A DNA stretch of 28,296 nt, from positions 1 to 28,296 of the forward strand of contig JBMOFD010000017.1 in the NCBI GenBank assembly GCA_049314435.1, written 5' to 3'. The DNA is from Chlamydiia bacterium (GTDB lineage Bacteria; Chlamydiota; Chlamydiia; Chlamydiales; JBMOFD01). Shown here piece by piece: positions 9,996 through 18,564 of the stretch (the first letter of the stretch is position 1; each line of letters begins with the position of its first letter). The notes beneath the pieces were generated by a model. It was not told where the DNA came from and made no database searches. It saw only the letters and a program-made list of their open reading frames with translations. Made by a program: the position numbers and the translations under genes.

Positions 9996-11963
9996 CTACA
10001 CCCTCACCACGATCATATTGCCCAGACCTTTGAGAGGGACCTCATCGTGTGCAATGCCCTCCTCTACCTTCAGCTCTTTTGCCAGTTCAATGGGGAGAAC
10101 GATCTGTCCCGACTCTGCTACGGCACAGAGCCTAGCGGCGAGATTCACCACACTACCCAGGGCGGTGTAGTTATTGCGTTGAGCGGCACCGATGATCCCT
10201 GCGGTGATCTCACCCATGGCAATCCCCCAGCCCATAGCGATCGGTTTCAGGTTGCGGCGCACTCGCTGTTCATTGAGCTGCTCGAGGGCGATACGCATAT
10301 CCTTGGCCGCTGCTAGTGCGGCGGCTCCAGGATTGGGCATGGGTTGGGGAGCGCCAAAGATGGCCATCACAGCATCGCCAATGAACTTATCGATCAGGCC
10401 ACCGTGCTCTTCGATGGCCGGCGCTACAGCAGAGAAGCAGGAGTTCAGGAAGATGATCGTATCGCCGGCGCTCATATGAGAGGCCTCGCTCGTAAAGCCA
10501 CGGATGTCTGCAAAGAGGATCGCAGCGATATGGGAGGAGCCTCCTGGGTGGGTGACACCCCCCGCCAATTGCCTGGCTACGGCTGGCGCCACAAAGGCAT
10601 CCAGTAGCTCCTGGAGCTGCTCGCGCTCCTCGAGGCGCGCGTAAAGACCAAGCGTAGACTGCTGCAGAAGCTGCACCTCATCCACTGAACTAAAAACGAG
10701 GTCAGGTCGTGGGCCCAGGTGTTCCTCGTGTAAGAGAGCATCGATCTGTCCAGCGACCTCTTTGAGGGGCCTGGTCATACGATGCCCTAGCCACCATCCA
10801 TACAGCATGAGCATCGCGATGGCGGTGCTGCCGCAGAGTAGAAAGACCTCCTCCCAGCGGCGGGCTCTTGCCTCCATAGAGGCAAGACCGATGGAGAGCG
10901 CCGAGCCAGGCGCTTCCGGGTACTCCAAGAAGAACAGACGTACGCCCTCTAACTCTGGTGGGGCTAGCTGGGCAATGAAGCAGGTCGCACCGTCGAGTTG
11001 GACTGCCCCGTATGCACGTCCCCACATGGAGGGGCTTCTGAGCGCATCGATGGCGGGGCCCCACAGGGGCTGCATGTCAGACATGACCGATCCCTCTAGC
11101 AACAGGCCCTGATAGACAAGGGCGGTCGAGATCTGCAGCCCTTGTCCTAGCCTGGCGACTAGGTCGGCCAGGCTGACCGCTACGCTGAGCTGAACCGTAC
11201 CAGAGGTGGTATGCGAGGTGAGGAAGAGGTCTCTCTGATCGGGAGGCAGCGCGATTCGTGAAGAGGAGGAGTGGGTTGCCGTCAGGAGGGGGATTTGGTG
11301 TACGACGGCGGAACGGCTCAAGGCTGCTGTATCCAAATTCTTACCGCCCGTCCAGACAATGGAGGGTGGGCCGTTCAAAAGAAGTAGGGAAACTGGATGC
11401 CAATCCCAAGTTGGATCGGCCCAAGGGCCCACGAGCGCTAGGTCTTCACGAATTTGAAAGAGAAACTGGTGGCGAGCGTCGTCTACACATGGCCCAAGGG
11501 GCAGGGTGATCGACTCTAAGGGAAAACGTTGTCCATGGAACACAATCTCCGGGCCCAGGCGGTCTACCCACTGAGCCAGACGCCCTGAGAGGCGGAGACT
11601 TGTGCCCTGAGTCCCATCGAAGGCCTCCATGACGCTGAGTCCCGAGAATGGACACTGCGACTGCAAGGCCTGCGCCATCGCAGCGCTATCGCCATGGATC
11701 ATTCCCTGGATGAGCTGTTCCTGGCTTGGGAGAAGAGACAGAGTCGCCTCTAGAACCTGCTCCTGGTTGTGTAGAACCCCCTGCAGGGTCTCTTGCAGTT
11801 CTGGATAGCGACGCTCGAAACGGTCCCAAGCCTCGGCTCGGAATTTTGCTGTGGTCTCTGCAATTTGGTGCTGATCCCACCGCCAAAGGAGGAAGCCAAC
11901 ACCTCCCAAAATGACACAGCTTCCGATCCCGAAAGCGAGGGCAAGCCGTGTCTGTAGCCTCAT
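9996..11963 (-). CDS. Membrane-bound class III adenylate cyclase with HAMP domain
   Basis: ILFADIRGFT, IDKFIGDAVMAIFG, YTALGSVVNLAARL, LKG. Two TM segments and a large extracytoplasmic domain. ATGA overlap with pepP. Confidence 0.9.
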   Translation of the reverse strand: MRLQTRLALAFGIGSCVILGGVGFLLWRWDQHQIAETTAKFRAEAWDRFERRYPELQETLQGVLHNQEQVLEATLSLLPSQEQLIQGMIHGDSAAMAQALQSQCPFSGLSVMEAFDGTQGTSLRLSGRLAQWVDRLGPEIVFHGQRFPLESITLPLGPCVDDARHQFLFQIREDLALVGPWADPTWDWHPVSLLLLNGPPSIVWTGGKNLDTAALSRSAVVHQIPLLTATHSSSSRIALPPDQRDLFLTSHTTSGTVQLSVAVSLADLVARLGQGLQISTALVYQGLLLEGSVMSDMQPLWGPAIDALRSPSMWGRAYGAVQLDGATCFIAQLAPPELEGVRLFFLEYPEAPGSALSIGLASMEARARRWEEVFLLCGSTAIAMLMLYGWWLGHRMTRPLKEVAGQIDALLHEEHLGPRPDLVFSSVDEVQLLQQSTLGLYARLEEREQLQELLDAFVAPAVARQLAGGVTHPGGSSHIAAILFADIRGFTSEASHMSAGDTIIFLNSCFSAVAPAIEEHGGLIDKFIGDAVMAIFGAPQPMPNPGAAALAAAKDMRIALEQLNEQRVRRNLKPIAMGWGIAMGEITAGIIGAAQRNNYTALGSVVNLAARLCAVAESGQIVLPIELAKELKVEEGIAHDEVPLKGLGNMIVVRV

Positions 11964-13021
11964 GATAGGGCCGTGAGGACCTCAGCCCCCCGCTCCGTGA
12001 CGAGGACCGTATCCTCTAGACGGACGCCCCCAATTCCTGGGAAATACACACCCGGCTCGATCGTGAAAACCATCCCCGCTGCGCAGAGTCGTTTTGATTG
12101 AGGGTGGTCATATTTGATGCGAGGGGCCTCGTGGATCTCCAAACCGATCCCATGGCCCAACGAGTGGACGAAATAGGTCTCCAGTCCATGCTTGCGCAGG
12201 ACTTCACGTGCGGTGCGGTCCAACTCGGCAAGAGGAACCCCGGGTGCAATGGCCGCGATCGCTGCGGCCTTGGCTTCCTCGACAGCCGCTGCGCCTATCA
12301 CGAGCTGGGAGGGACATCCAGGATGGGTAAAGAAGCGCGTGCAGTCTCCATGATAGCCATCCACCACGACACCCACATCGAGGAGAACACAATCCTTCAT
12401 GGTAAGGATCTCGGCACCGGCTCGGTAGTGGGGCATCGCACTATTGGCCCCGAACGCGATGATGGGAGCAAAAGCGAGCTTCTCTCCGCCAGCGCGTCGC
12501 CAGAAAACCTCCAGCTCCACCGCCAGCTCAGACTCACTCACACCCTCCTGAAAGAGCGAAGAGGCGTACTGGATCCCCTGCAGGGTGAGCTGTCCTGCAC
12601 GTCGTAGTTTGTCGATCTCGTCTGCATCCTTGATGATCCGAAGCTCTTCCATCGGATCGGTCAGGGCATAGGGAGTCACCGATGCAGCTGCTAACTGAGA
12701 GGTGATCTGTTCCATCCGAGCAAGCGAAGTGTGCTCGGCAGACACGCCCAGCTTGCGAATGCCACGCTCCTGACACCAGGGACCCCAGGCTTTGGGATCC
12801 AAGTCAGCGACCTCAAAGATCGATTGCTGCCGGGCCATCTGTGTATAGCGACCATCCACAAAGAGTGTGCCAGCCCCCTTCGCTGGAACCAACAGCACCC
12901 CGGTCGACAGAGGAAGTCCTGTCAGGTAGGTGAGTGCAAGCGGTTGCTCAACAAGGTAGGCTTCATGCCCATGTTGGGAGAGGAGGCTCTGAAGGCGATG
13001 AAGACGGTGCTGACTGCTCAT
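11960..13021 (-). CDS. pepP: Xaa-Pro aminopeptidase (M24B)
   Basis: DGRY, RIIKDADEI, SAMPHY, DVG...GYHGDCTR, HSLGHGIGLEIHEAP, FTIEPGVY, GVRLED. Start is ATG 13021 or 13033. Confidence 0.95.
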   Translation of the reverse strand: MSSQHRLHRLQSLLSQHGHEAYLVEQPLALTYLTGLPLSTGVLLVPAKGAGTLFVDGRYTQMARQQSIFEVADLDPKAWGPWCQERGIRKLGVSAEHTSLARMEQITSQLAAASVTPYALTDPMEELRIIKDADEIDKLRRAGQLTLQGIQYASSLFQEGVSESELAVELEVFWRRAGGEKLAFAPIIAFGANSAMPHYRAGAEILTMKDCVLLDVGVVVDGYHGDCTRFFTHPGCPSQLVIGAAAVEEAKAAAIAAIAPGVPLAELDRTAREVLRKHGLETYFVHSLGHGIGLEIHEAPRIKYDHPQSKRLCAAGMVFTIEPGVYFPGIGGVRLEDTVLVTERGAEVLTALS

Positions 13022-14762
13022 AATGCAAAGCATATTGTTGAAGGGTCTTTTCTGACAGGGGGATTCTTAGTCGTTTCCCTATAGGGCAATGGGAGAGTCC
13101 GGAATGAGCCAGCCATACCAATAGAGAGGGTAGCGAGAGAGACTGTGAGCCCAATCGTCCTAGAAGTTGGAGGAAGTTGGGATGGCTTGTTCCTTCGGTC
13201 ACCCATGAGGAGAGGAGCTCCACGGCTTCGGACTGGCTGAGCAGATGGGGAATAGCCGTGAGGATCAAGGCCTCATGGGAGGGATCCCACCCAAAGCCCC
13301 ACTGCTTCCAGCTTTCCATGGCGTGAGTCGCTAGGAGTCCAGGGACTTCGACGGGGAAGAGGAGCGGCTGGGCTTCCAGTTCATGAGTCAAAGCGATCTG
13401 CTGTGTCCACCATGCCCGTCGCAAACCTTCGAGATCGACGGCCCAGAGCTCCTCTCCTCCCTGCCAATAGCCATGATCGGTCCCGCGCACAAGGGCCCAC
13501 CCACCCAAGCGTGCCACGAGGTCAGGGGGCAATTCGAGTGATGGGGGGGCTTCTCTCACAGCGGGCAGCTCCAGAGATGGGGCTCTGTCTGTTGTTGCAT
13601 AGCTCGTCTGAGGTGAGACTTCCTGAGGGTCGCATGGCAGAGTCTCACAGGAAGCAGAGAGTTGGGCTGCTGTTCGTTCCTGCCAGGTGTGTAGCCAGTC
13701 AGAGGCCCCTGCGACTGACGAGGCTCCCACTGGCAGGGATGTACCTTGCAATGGCTCCGCCGCACGATGATCGAGACGCTCGAGGAGCATGAGAGTTCCT
13801 CTCATCAACAGAGCACGTAGCTCCTTCTCCTCACGTAGCCGTACTTCCCGTTTCTGTGGGTGGACATTCACATCGAGCCAGCAGGCTGGCATCCAGATCT
13901 TGGCAATGAAGGCTGGATGTCTCCCCTGTTCTAACCTTTGAGCAAACGCTTCCCGGATCACCCAGCTCACCTGAGGGCACTGCACCAGACGGTCATTCAG
14001 CGCGACAATCTGATCGGTACGGTTAGGCCGATGGTGCTCCGGGGGAGCTAGGATGAGTTGCAATCGTAAAGACCCTGAGCTGAGCTCCAGATGTCCTGCT
14101 TGTTCCCACTCCTCCTTCAAAAGAGAAGCGGCTCTGACATGCATCGACTTCAGATCAGCGGCTAAGCCTGGCGCCGTAAAGATTTCAGTCTGGTCTGCTC
14201 GTAACGTGATGGAGATCTCTGGATGAATCAGGGCCATCCAGCGAGCCACTCGACTGCATTGAGCGAGGTCGGCACTGAGACTTTTTTGGAATTTGAGCCG
14301 AGCGGGGACGTTGAAAAAGAGATCGCGGATCTCGACTGTCGTCCCCTGTTCGCGGGCCATCGGTCCCTGATGGAGGATCTTTCCCCCTTCGATCGAAAGG
14401 CTGTGGCCCTCGTCGCCCCCAGTCGAGGAGATCAGTTGCATCCGGCTGATCGAGGCGATGGAGGGGAGCGCCTCTCCACGGAAGCCAAAGGATTGGAGCG
14501 TTTCCAGATCCTCCACTGTCTGTAATTTACTCGTGGCATGTCGCTCGACAGCAAGAAGCAGATCCTCCTCCGACATCCCACTGCCATTGTCAGAAACTCT
14601 TAATAAACCACGTCCGCCGTGTAATAACTCAACTGTAATCCTTGAAGATCCTGCATCTAACGCATTTTCCAGCAGTTCTTTTAGTGCAGAACTGCTATCC
14701 TGTACAACCTCGCCAGCTGCAATTTGGTTAATTGTATGGGGATCGAGGCGTCTGATGGTCAT
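12963..14762 (-). CDS. mutL: DNA mismatch repair protein MutL
   Basis: NQIAAGEVV, KELLENALDAG, DNGSGM, RHATSK, FGFRGEALPSI, DLFFNVPARLKF, DVNVHPQKREVR. Divergent C-terminal domain. Confidence 0.97.
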   Translation of the reverse strand: MTIRRLDPHTINQIAAGEVVQDSSSALKELLENALDAGSSRITVELLHGGRGLLRVSDNGSGMSEEDLLLAVERHATSKLQTVEDLETLQSFGFRGEALPSIASISRMQLISSTGGDEGHSLSIEGGKILHQGPMAREQGTTVEIRDLFFNVPARLKFQKSLSADLAQCSRVARWMALIHPEISITLRADQTEIFTAPGLAADLKSMHVRAASLLKEEWEQAGHLELSSGSLRLQLILAPPEHHRPNRTDQIVALNDRLVQCPQVSWVIREAFAQRLEQGRHPAFIAKIWMPACWLDVNVHPQKREVRLREEKELRALLMRGTLMLLERLDHRAAEPLQGTSLPVGASSVAGASDWLHTWQERTAAQLSASCETLPCDPQEVSPQTSYATTDRAPSLELPAVREAPPSLELPPDLVARLGGWALVRGTDHGYWQGGEELWAVDLEGLRRAWWTQQIALTHELEAQPLLFPVEVPGLLATHAMESWKQWGFGWDPSHEALILTAIPHLLSQSEAVELLSSWVTEGTSHPNFLQLLGRLGSQSLSLPSLLVWLAHSGLSHCPIGKRLRIPLSEKTLQQYALHYEQSAPSSSPSEPPLPTWA

Positions 14763-14810
14763 TATTGTTCCATTGGAGGTCAGCAGCAGAATACACTTGG
14801 GGTGATTTTC

Positions 14811-15827
14811 ATGAGTTTGATCAGGGTCCTATGTGCCATGGGTATGGCATGGGGTGCGAGTGGGCTAGCGGCGTCGGCTCCGCTCTCTCCCTGGTCATCC
14901 GATGCATGGCTGAATGTGATGTTTGCGCGGGACTCCGTCCGCTGGCGGATCCCGCACGTTCCCAACGAAAGCTACACGCTTCGCGGGAAGGACATCCTCA
15001 GTGAGCTGAGCTGGAAGCCTCTTCGATCTGTGGGATTAGAGGGTGGCGTACGTGTGCCCTTTGCCCACCCACGACTCATGGCCATGGTACAGGGTCAGGT
15101 GGCCATGATCTATGGAGGTCACTGTCGAGATAGTGACTGGTGGGGGCCCAATTTTGCCCTGGAATACTCCCGATCTCGAGCCGATGTCAGCGGTTGGAGC
15201 GCTTCAGGACAGGCGATGTTAGGCTACCACCTGGGTACGACCAAGCTCTCCTTTGTGCCCCTCATCGGACTTGATGGTGCACATCTGAGCCTGAAAGAGC
15301 GGAATATGACACAGCTCTTTAGCTTGGGTCGTGATTCTTTGACCTACTACGTGGACCAACACGGTGTTCTGACTCTCATCAAGGGAGAGATCTATGCAGT
15401 GGTCCGTCCTGAGAAAGGTCACGCCGGGCCGGTGAGCAGTTACGCGATTGACTGCACGAGCGCGCTCCTCGGTGGTGAGCTATATGCTCACCCCTGTGAG
15501 TCTCTTCGACTCCAATTGCTCGGATGGGGAGGTCTTGGCACCTACCACGCGGAAGCCGACTGGATGTTGCGAGAAGAATTCCAACATCCTAAGAGCTTTG
15601 TGCATTCAGCGATGGTCGGGACCTGGTCGCTCGAGGGCGGGATCTATTGGCAGCTCACTCCACGACTTGGGTTCAACCTACGTGGCGGCGCCCGACAGAC
15701 ATCAGCCGGTGAAGGTAGAGAGCGCCTCAACCTTGTAGACGACGCGGGAGGAACTTGCTTCTGGTATGTCAGAGACATCTCCTGGAAGCGAGGCTGGGTG
15801 AGCACTGGGCTGACTGTAACGTGGTAA
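14811..15827 (+). CDS. Omptin/Pom-like outer-membrane beta-barrel protein, paralog 1
   Basis: Signal peptide. ILSELSW, DSDW, YSRS.AD, ADWMLREEFQHPKSFVH. Amphipathic strands and a terminal aromatic residue (GLTVTW). Confidence 0.75.
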   Translation: MSLIRVLCAMGMAWGASGLAASAPLSPWSSDAWLNVMFARDSVRWRIPHVPNESYTLRGKDILSELSWKPLRSVGLEGGVRVPFAHPRLMAMVQGQVAMIYGGHCRDSDWWGPNFALEYSRSRADVSGWSASGQAMLGYHLGTTKLSFVPLIGLDGAHLSLKERNMTQLFSLGRDSLTYYVDQHGVLTLIKGEIYAVVRPEKGHAGPVSSYAIDCTSALLGGELYAHPCESLRLQLLGWGGLGTYHAEADWMLREEFQHPKSFVHSAMVGTWSLEGGIYWQLTPRLGFNLRGGARQTSAGEGRERLNLVDDAGGTCFWYVRDISWKRGWVSTGLTVTW

Positions 15828-15879
15828 ATTATAATATAAATTGGTATGTTAGCCATAACAGCGGCTAACTATGTCTTCA

Positions 15880-16182
15880 TCAGAAAGTAGTAGGGGCATC
15901 CAAAGTCACCAAATCTCCATAGAGTTTGTTCATATGAGCGCCCGCAGGTCCCACCTGGAGGTGGACCTCGTTGTCGGCACCAAGGCGCCATGAAAAACCA
16001 GGCATAGGCTGGTCTGCAATGCCATCCCATTGGTTCAGCTGTGGCCCCATCCAGGCGATCACCCGGTCGATCCCAAAGTGCAACCAGAGGTCTGGAAGAG
16101 CAGCCTGCAAAGCCCTGGCTAGAGTACTTTTCCCAACACTGCTGGGACCATTCAAGTAGATTGCACGTATCTCGGCTGCCAT
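15880..16182 (-). pseudogene. Truncated chloramphenicol-phosphotransferase-like (CPT) P-loop kinase
   Basis: AAGGA SD and ATG 16182. IYLNGPSSVGKSTLARALQ...WLHFGID is the CPT N-terminus. Stops after 100 aa, before the second strand/lid half of the fold. Confidence 0.7.
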
Positions 16183-16203
16183 AGGTCCTTCTGACGAGGA
16201 ATA

Positions 16204-16212
16204 AGTATAGCA
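16204..16212 (-). promoter_or_regulatory. Putative extended -10 promoter (TGnTATACT) for the CPT-like gene
   Basis: Minus-strand TGCTATACT about 21 nt upstream of ATG 16182, with an SD in between. Confidence 0.55.
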
Positions 16213-16356
16213 TCTCGCCTGTTGCCATCCAGGCCTTGAGTTCCCCAGCCGGCATTTATGGGCCAAAACTGGTATCCTCAAGGCTCCTTCGGGCTGTAGA
16301 GGTCCGCGAGGATCTTCCCATTAGGCTGGGAAGGGGCTGCTGGAGTCGTGTTTTTC

Positions 16357-17373
16357 ATGAGATGGATTAAAGCTCTTTGCATGCTTGCATTGGCATGGAG
16401 TTCCGCCCAAGGGATGGCGGGTGCATGGTCCTCTGATGCATGGCTCAACCTGATGGTGGCCAGAGATTCCCTTCGTTGGCGGATCCCAGAACCTCTCACG
16501 GATGACTATTGCGTTGATGGTGACGCTGTCATCAGTGAACTCTGCTGGAAGCCTCTTCGTTGCATCGGATTTGATCTTGGGATTCGAACTCCCTTCGGGC
16601 ACCCAAAGTTCATGGTGATCTTGCAGGGACAAGTAGCCGCCATCTGTGGCGGCCACTGCCGCGATAGCGACTGGCTGGGACCTAACTTCTGCCTGGAGGT
16701 CTCGAGGTCTCTGTCTCAAGCCAGTGGTTGGACCGCCTCAGGGCAGGCCATGCTAGGCTATCGCTTGGGCTCTCAAGCAGCTTCTATCGCTCCGGTTGCG
16801 GGTTTGGATGCCGCAAGGATTCGCTTACGGCAACGAGGACTGAGGCAGCTCTTCAATCTAGACACAGAGGACCTGACTCTCTACACGGACGAAGAGGATG
16901 TGCTCACCGTCATCAAGGGAGAGGTGTATGCCATGGTTCGTCCCGATGAGACCCATTCAGGGCCTGTCAGCAGCTATGACATCGACTGGATCGGCGGTCT
17001 GCTTGGAGGAGAAATCTATCTTCAGCCCTGCGCTTCTATGAAACTGCAGCTTTTAGGTTGGGCCAGTTTGGGCAAATACGATGCCGATGCAGACTGGATC
17101 TTGAGAGAATGCTACCAACATCCCAGGAGCTTTGCCCACTCGGCCCAGGTTCGTACATGGGCGCTTGAAGGCGGCATCTATTGGCAGATGACCTCACGCC
17201 TTGGCCTCAACCTCCGCGGGGGCGCTCGACAAGTCTGGGCAACTGAAGGGTGCGAGCGCATCTTCCTAGACCGACAAGACGATATGGATGAGCAGACCCT
17301 CCTCCTCAGCAGCTTTCAGGATCTGACCTGGAAACGAGGCTGGGTGAGCGCAGGACTCCTGTTCATCTGGTAA
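16357..17373 (+). CDS. Omptin/Pom-like outer-membrane beta-barrel protein, paralog 2
   Basis: Colinear with paralog 1: WSSDAWLN, RDSLRWRIP, SELCWKPLR, GGHCRDSDW, ADWILRE..QHPRSFAH, NLRGGARQ, WKRGWVS.GL...W. Signal peptide present. Confidence 0.75.
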   Translation: MRWIKALCMLALAWSSAQGMAGAWSSDAWLNLMVARDSLRWRIPEPLTDDYCVDGDAVISELCWKPLRCIGFDLGIRTPFGHPKFMVILQGQVAAICGGHCRDSDWLGPNFCLEVSRSLSQASGWTASGQAMLGYRLGSQAASIAPVAGLDAARIRLRQRGLRQLFNLDTEDLTLYTDEEDVLTVIKGEVYAMVRPDETHSGPVSSYDIDWIGGLLGGEIYLQPCASMKLQLLGWASLGKYDADADWILRECYQHPRSFAHSAQVRTWALEGGIYWQMTSRLGLNLRGGARQVWATEGCERIFLDRQDDMDEQTLLLSSFQDLTWKRGWVSAGLLFIW

Positions 17374-17380
17374 CCGGTCT

Positions 17381-18127
17381 TTACGCCCCTAGCACACGTA
17401 TGGAGCACTCTAGTGGCACGACTCCCTGCCCTGTGAGCTCAATGAACAGGGGTAAGGTTTTCAGCTCAAAGGGGCCCTTTGACCATCCCCACGATCCATC
17501 TTCTTGACGAGCAAATACCCTCACATCCATCTGCTCTAGCTGTGGCCACACCGTTCCTTCCTGCGCAAGGCCTTGCTCCCCCCAGAGACCCGGATCACTC
17601 TTCAGAAAGCACTTCAACCCGTCGGAAGTAGGCGCCAGCGTGAAGAGGATGGGGCCGCTGAGTTGGACCTTTTCGTGATAACCACCCGCCGTCTTGCCTA
17701 AGAGTCGCTGCCCATCCCAGGTCAGAGTCGGTTGATCTTTGCCAGGCAGGAGATGGATGAAAAGCTCCTCGACGAGGATGAGTCTCTCCTCTCGGGTGAT
17801 CAACTGATGCCACTGCTTTTGCGTGGTTAGCATGGCGTGCTGTAGGTCCACCCAGCCACGAAGCAGAACAGCCATTAAGCCACCGACCAGCACCATGGCG
17901 AGGAGAACCTCAATCAGCGTTAAAGCATGACGCTTAGACGACCGACGACAAGAAACATCGGCATGGACTCTGGGGCTCTGCCCCACACCCCGCTGGTGGA
18001 CTGCGTCCCCCAGGCCCCCCAAGTATGTAACCTGATCAGAAAAACCACCCATATAGGAGGTTTGGAGGACGCAGTCCTCCAGCGGGTTGCAGGGCAGAGC
18101 CCTGCAAAAAAGAGAGAAACCGCTCAT
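17381..18127 (-). CDS. T2SS minor pseudopilin, GspJ-like, with a 68-aa repeat-containing leader
   Basis: KRHA|LTLIEVLLAMVLVGGLMAVLL type IV pilin N-terminus. Last gene of the operon. ATG 18127 overlaps the upstream TGA (ATGA). Confidence 0.75.
   Translation of the reverse strand: MSGFSLFCRALPCNPLEDCVLQTSYMGGFSDQVTYLGGLGDAVHQRGVGQSPRVHADVSCRRSSKRHALTLIEVLLAMVLVGGLMAVLLRGWVDLQHAMLTTQKQWHQLITREERLILVEELFIHLLPGKDQPTLTWDGQRLLGKTAGGYHEKVQLSGPILFTLAPTSDGLKCFLKSDPGLWGEQGLAQEGTVWPQLEQMDVRVFARQEDGSWGWSKGPFELKTLPLFIELTGQGVVPLECSIRVLGA
17968..18027 (-). repeat. Double-hairpin dispersed element, copy D (inside the pseudopilin ORF)
   Basis: Minus strand CATACTTGGGGGGC-CTGGGGGAC(GCA)GTCCACCAG-CGGGGTG-TGGGGC(AGA)GCCCCA. 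Confidence 0.85.
18048..18107 (+). repeat. Double-hairpin dispersed element, copy E (head-to-head with D, inside the pseudopilin ORF)
   Basis: CCCATATAGGAGGT-TTGGAGGAC(GCA)GTCCTCCAG-CGGG-TTGCAGGGC(AGA)GCCCTGCAA. Confidence 0.9.
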
Positions 18128-18564
18128 CGTGGGTCCTCCAGCGCTATGGAGGTCTGGATATGGCCCACACGCTGTGGCTCGGCGACCGGGTGGTAGAGAG
18201 CTTCGATGCGCCAGCGTTCCCCCTGCTGATGAGGAGGATCGTCTTGCTTGGTGATCTGCAGTGTCACCAGAAGAGGACGTAGAGTCCCATCAGCCATGCG
18301 GACTTGAATAGGAACAGGATGAGCCCAGCGCTGCACAGCGCTTCCTCCCTCCTGTACCAAACTGGCCTGCACCTGGATCAGCAGCCTGTCTACAGCACGC
18401 TGCTCCTGAAGGTGTGCGAGCTGCTTGGATTGATAACGCATGAGGAGGATAGGGCCCTCAAACAGAGCCACAAGTCCGACTGCGGCGATCGCCATAGCAA
18501 TGAGGACCTCAAGCAGTAGGGCGGACCTGCGTGAACGAGGGCTAGAACTTAATGTCCAGCTCAT
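18124..18564 (-). CDS. T2SS minor pseudopilin, GspI-like
   Basis: RSRRS|ALLLEVLIAMAIAAVGLVAL, with E+5 and a hydrophobic helix. Position in the operon. Confidence 0.7.
   Translation of the reverse strand: MSWTLSSSPRSRRSALLLEVLIAMAIAAVGLVALFEGPILLMRYQSKQLAHLQEQRAVDRLLIQVQASLVQEGGSAVQRWAHPVPIQVRMADGTLRPLLVTLQITKQDDPPHQQGERWRIEALYHPVAEPQRVGHIQTSIALEDPR

Noticed and set aside
14520..14770. AT-richer 5' end of mutL as a foreign patch
   Set aside because: The protein sequence is canonical there. Low GC near gene starts and divergent promoters is common, and it was not quantified.
15848..15869. GTTAGCC...GGCTAAC as an integron attC site
   Set aside because: The boxes are in the wrong order, only 8 nt apart, with no L boxes or integrase. 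Treated as a small hairpin.
15869..16255. Alternative-frame 128-aa ORF as a continuation of the CPT-like gene
   Set aside because: It ends only 11 nt beyond the CPT frame and has no kinase motifs, so it does not supply the missing half.
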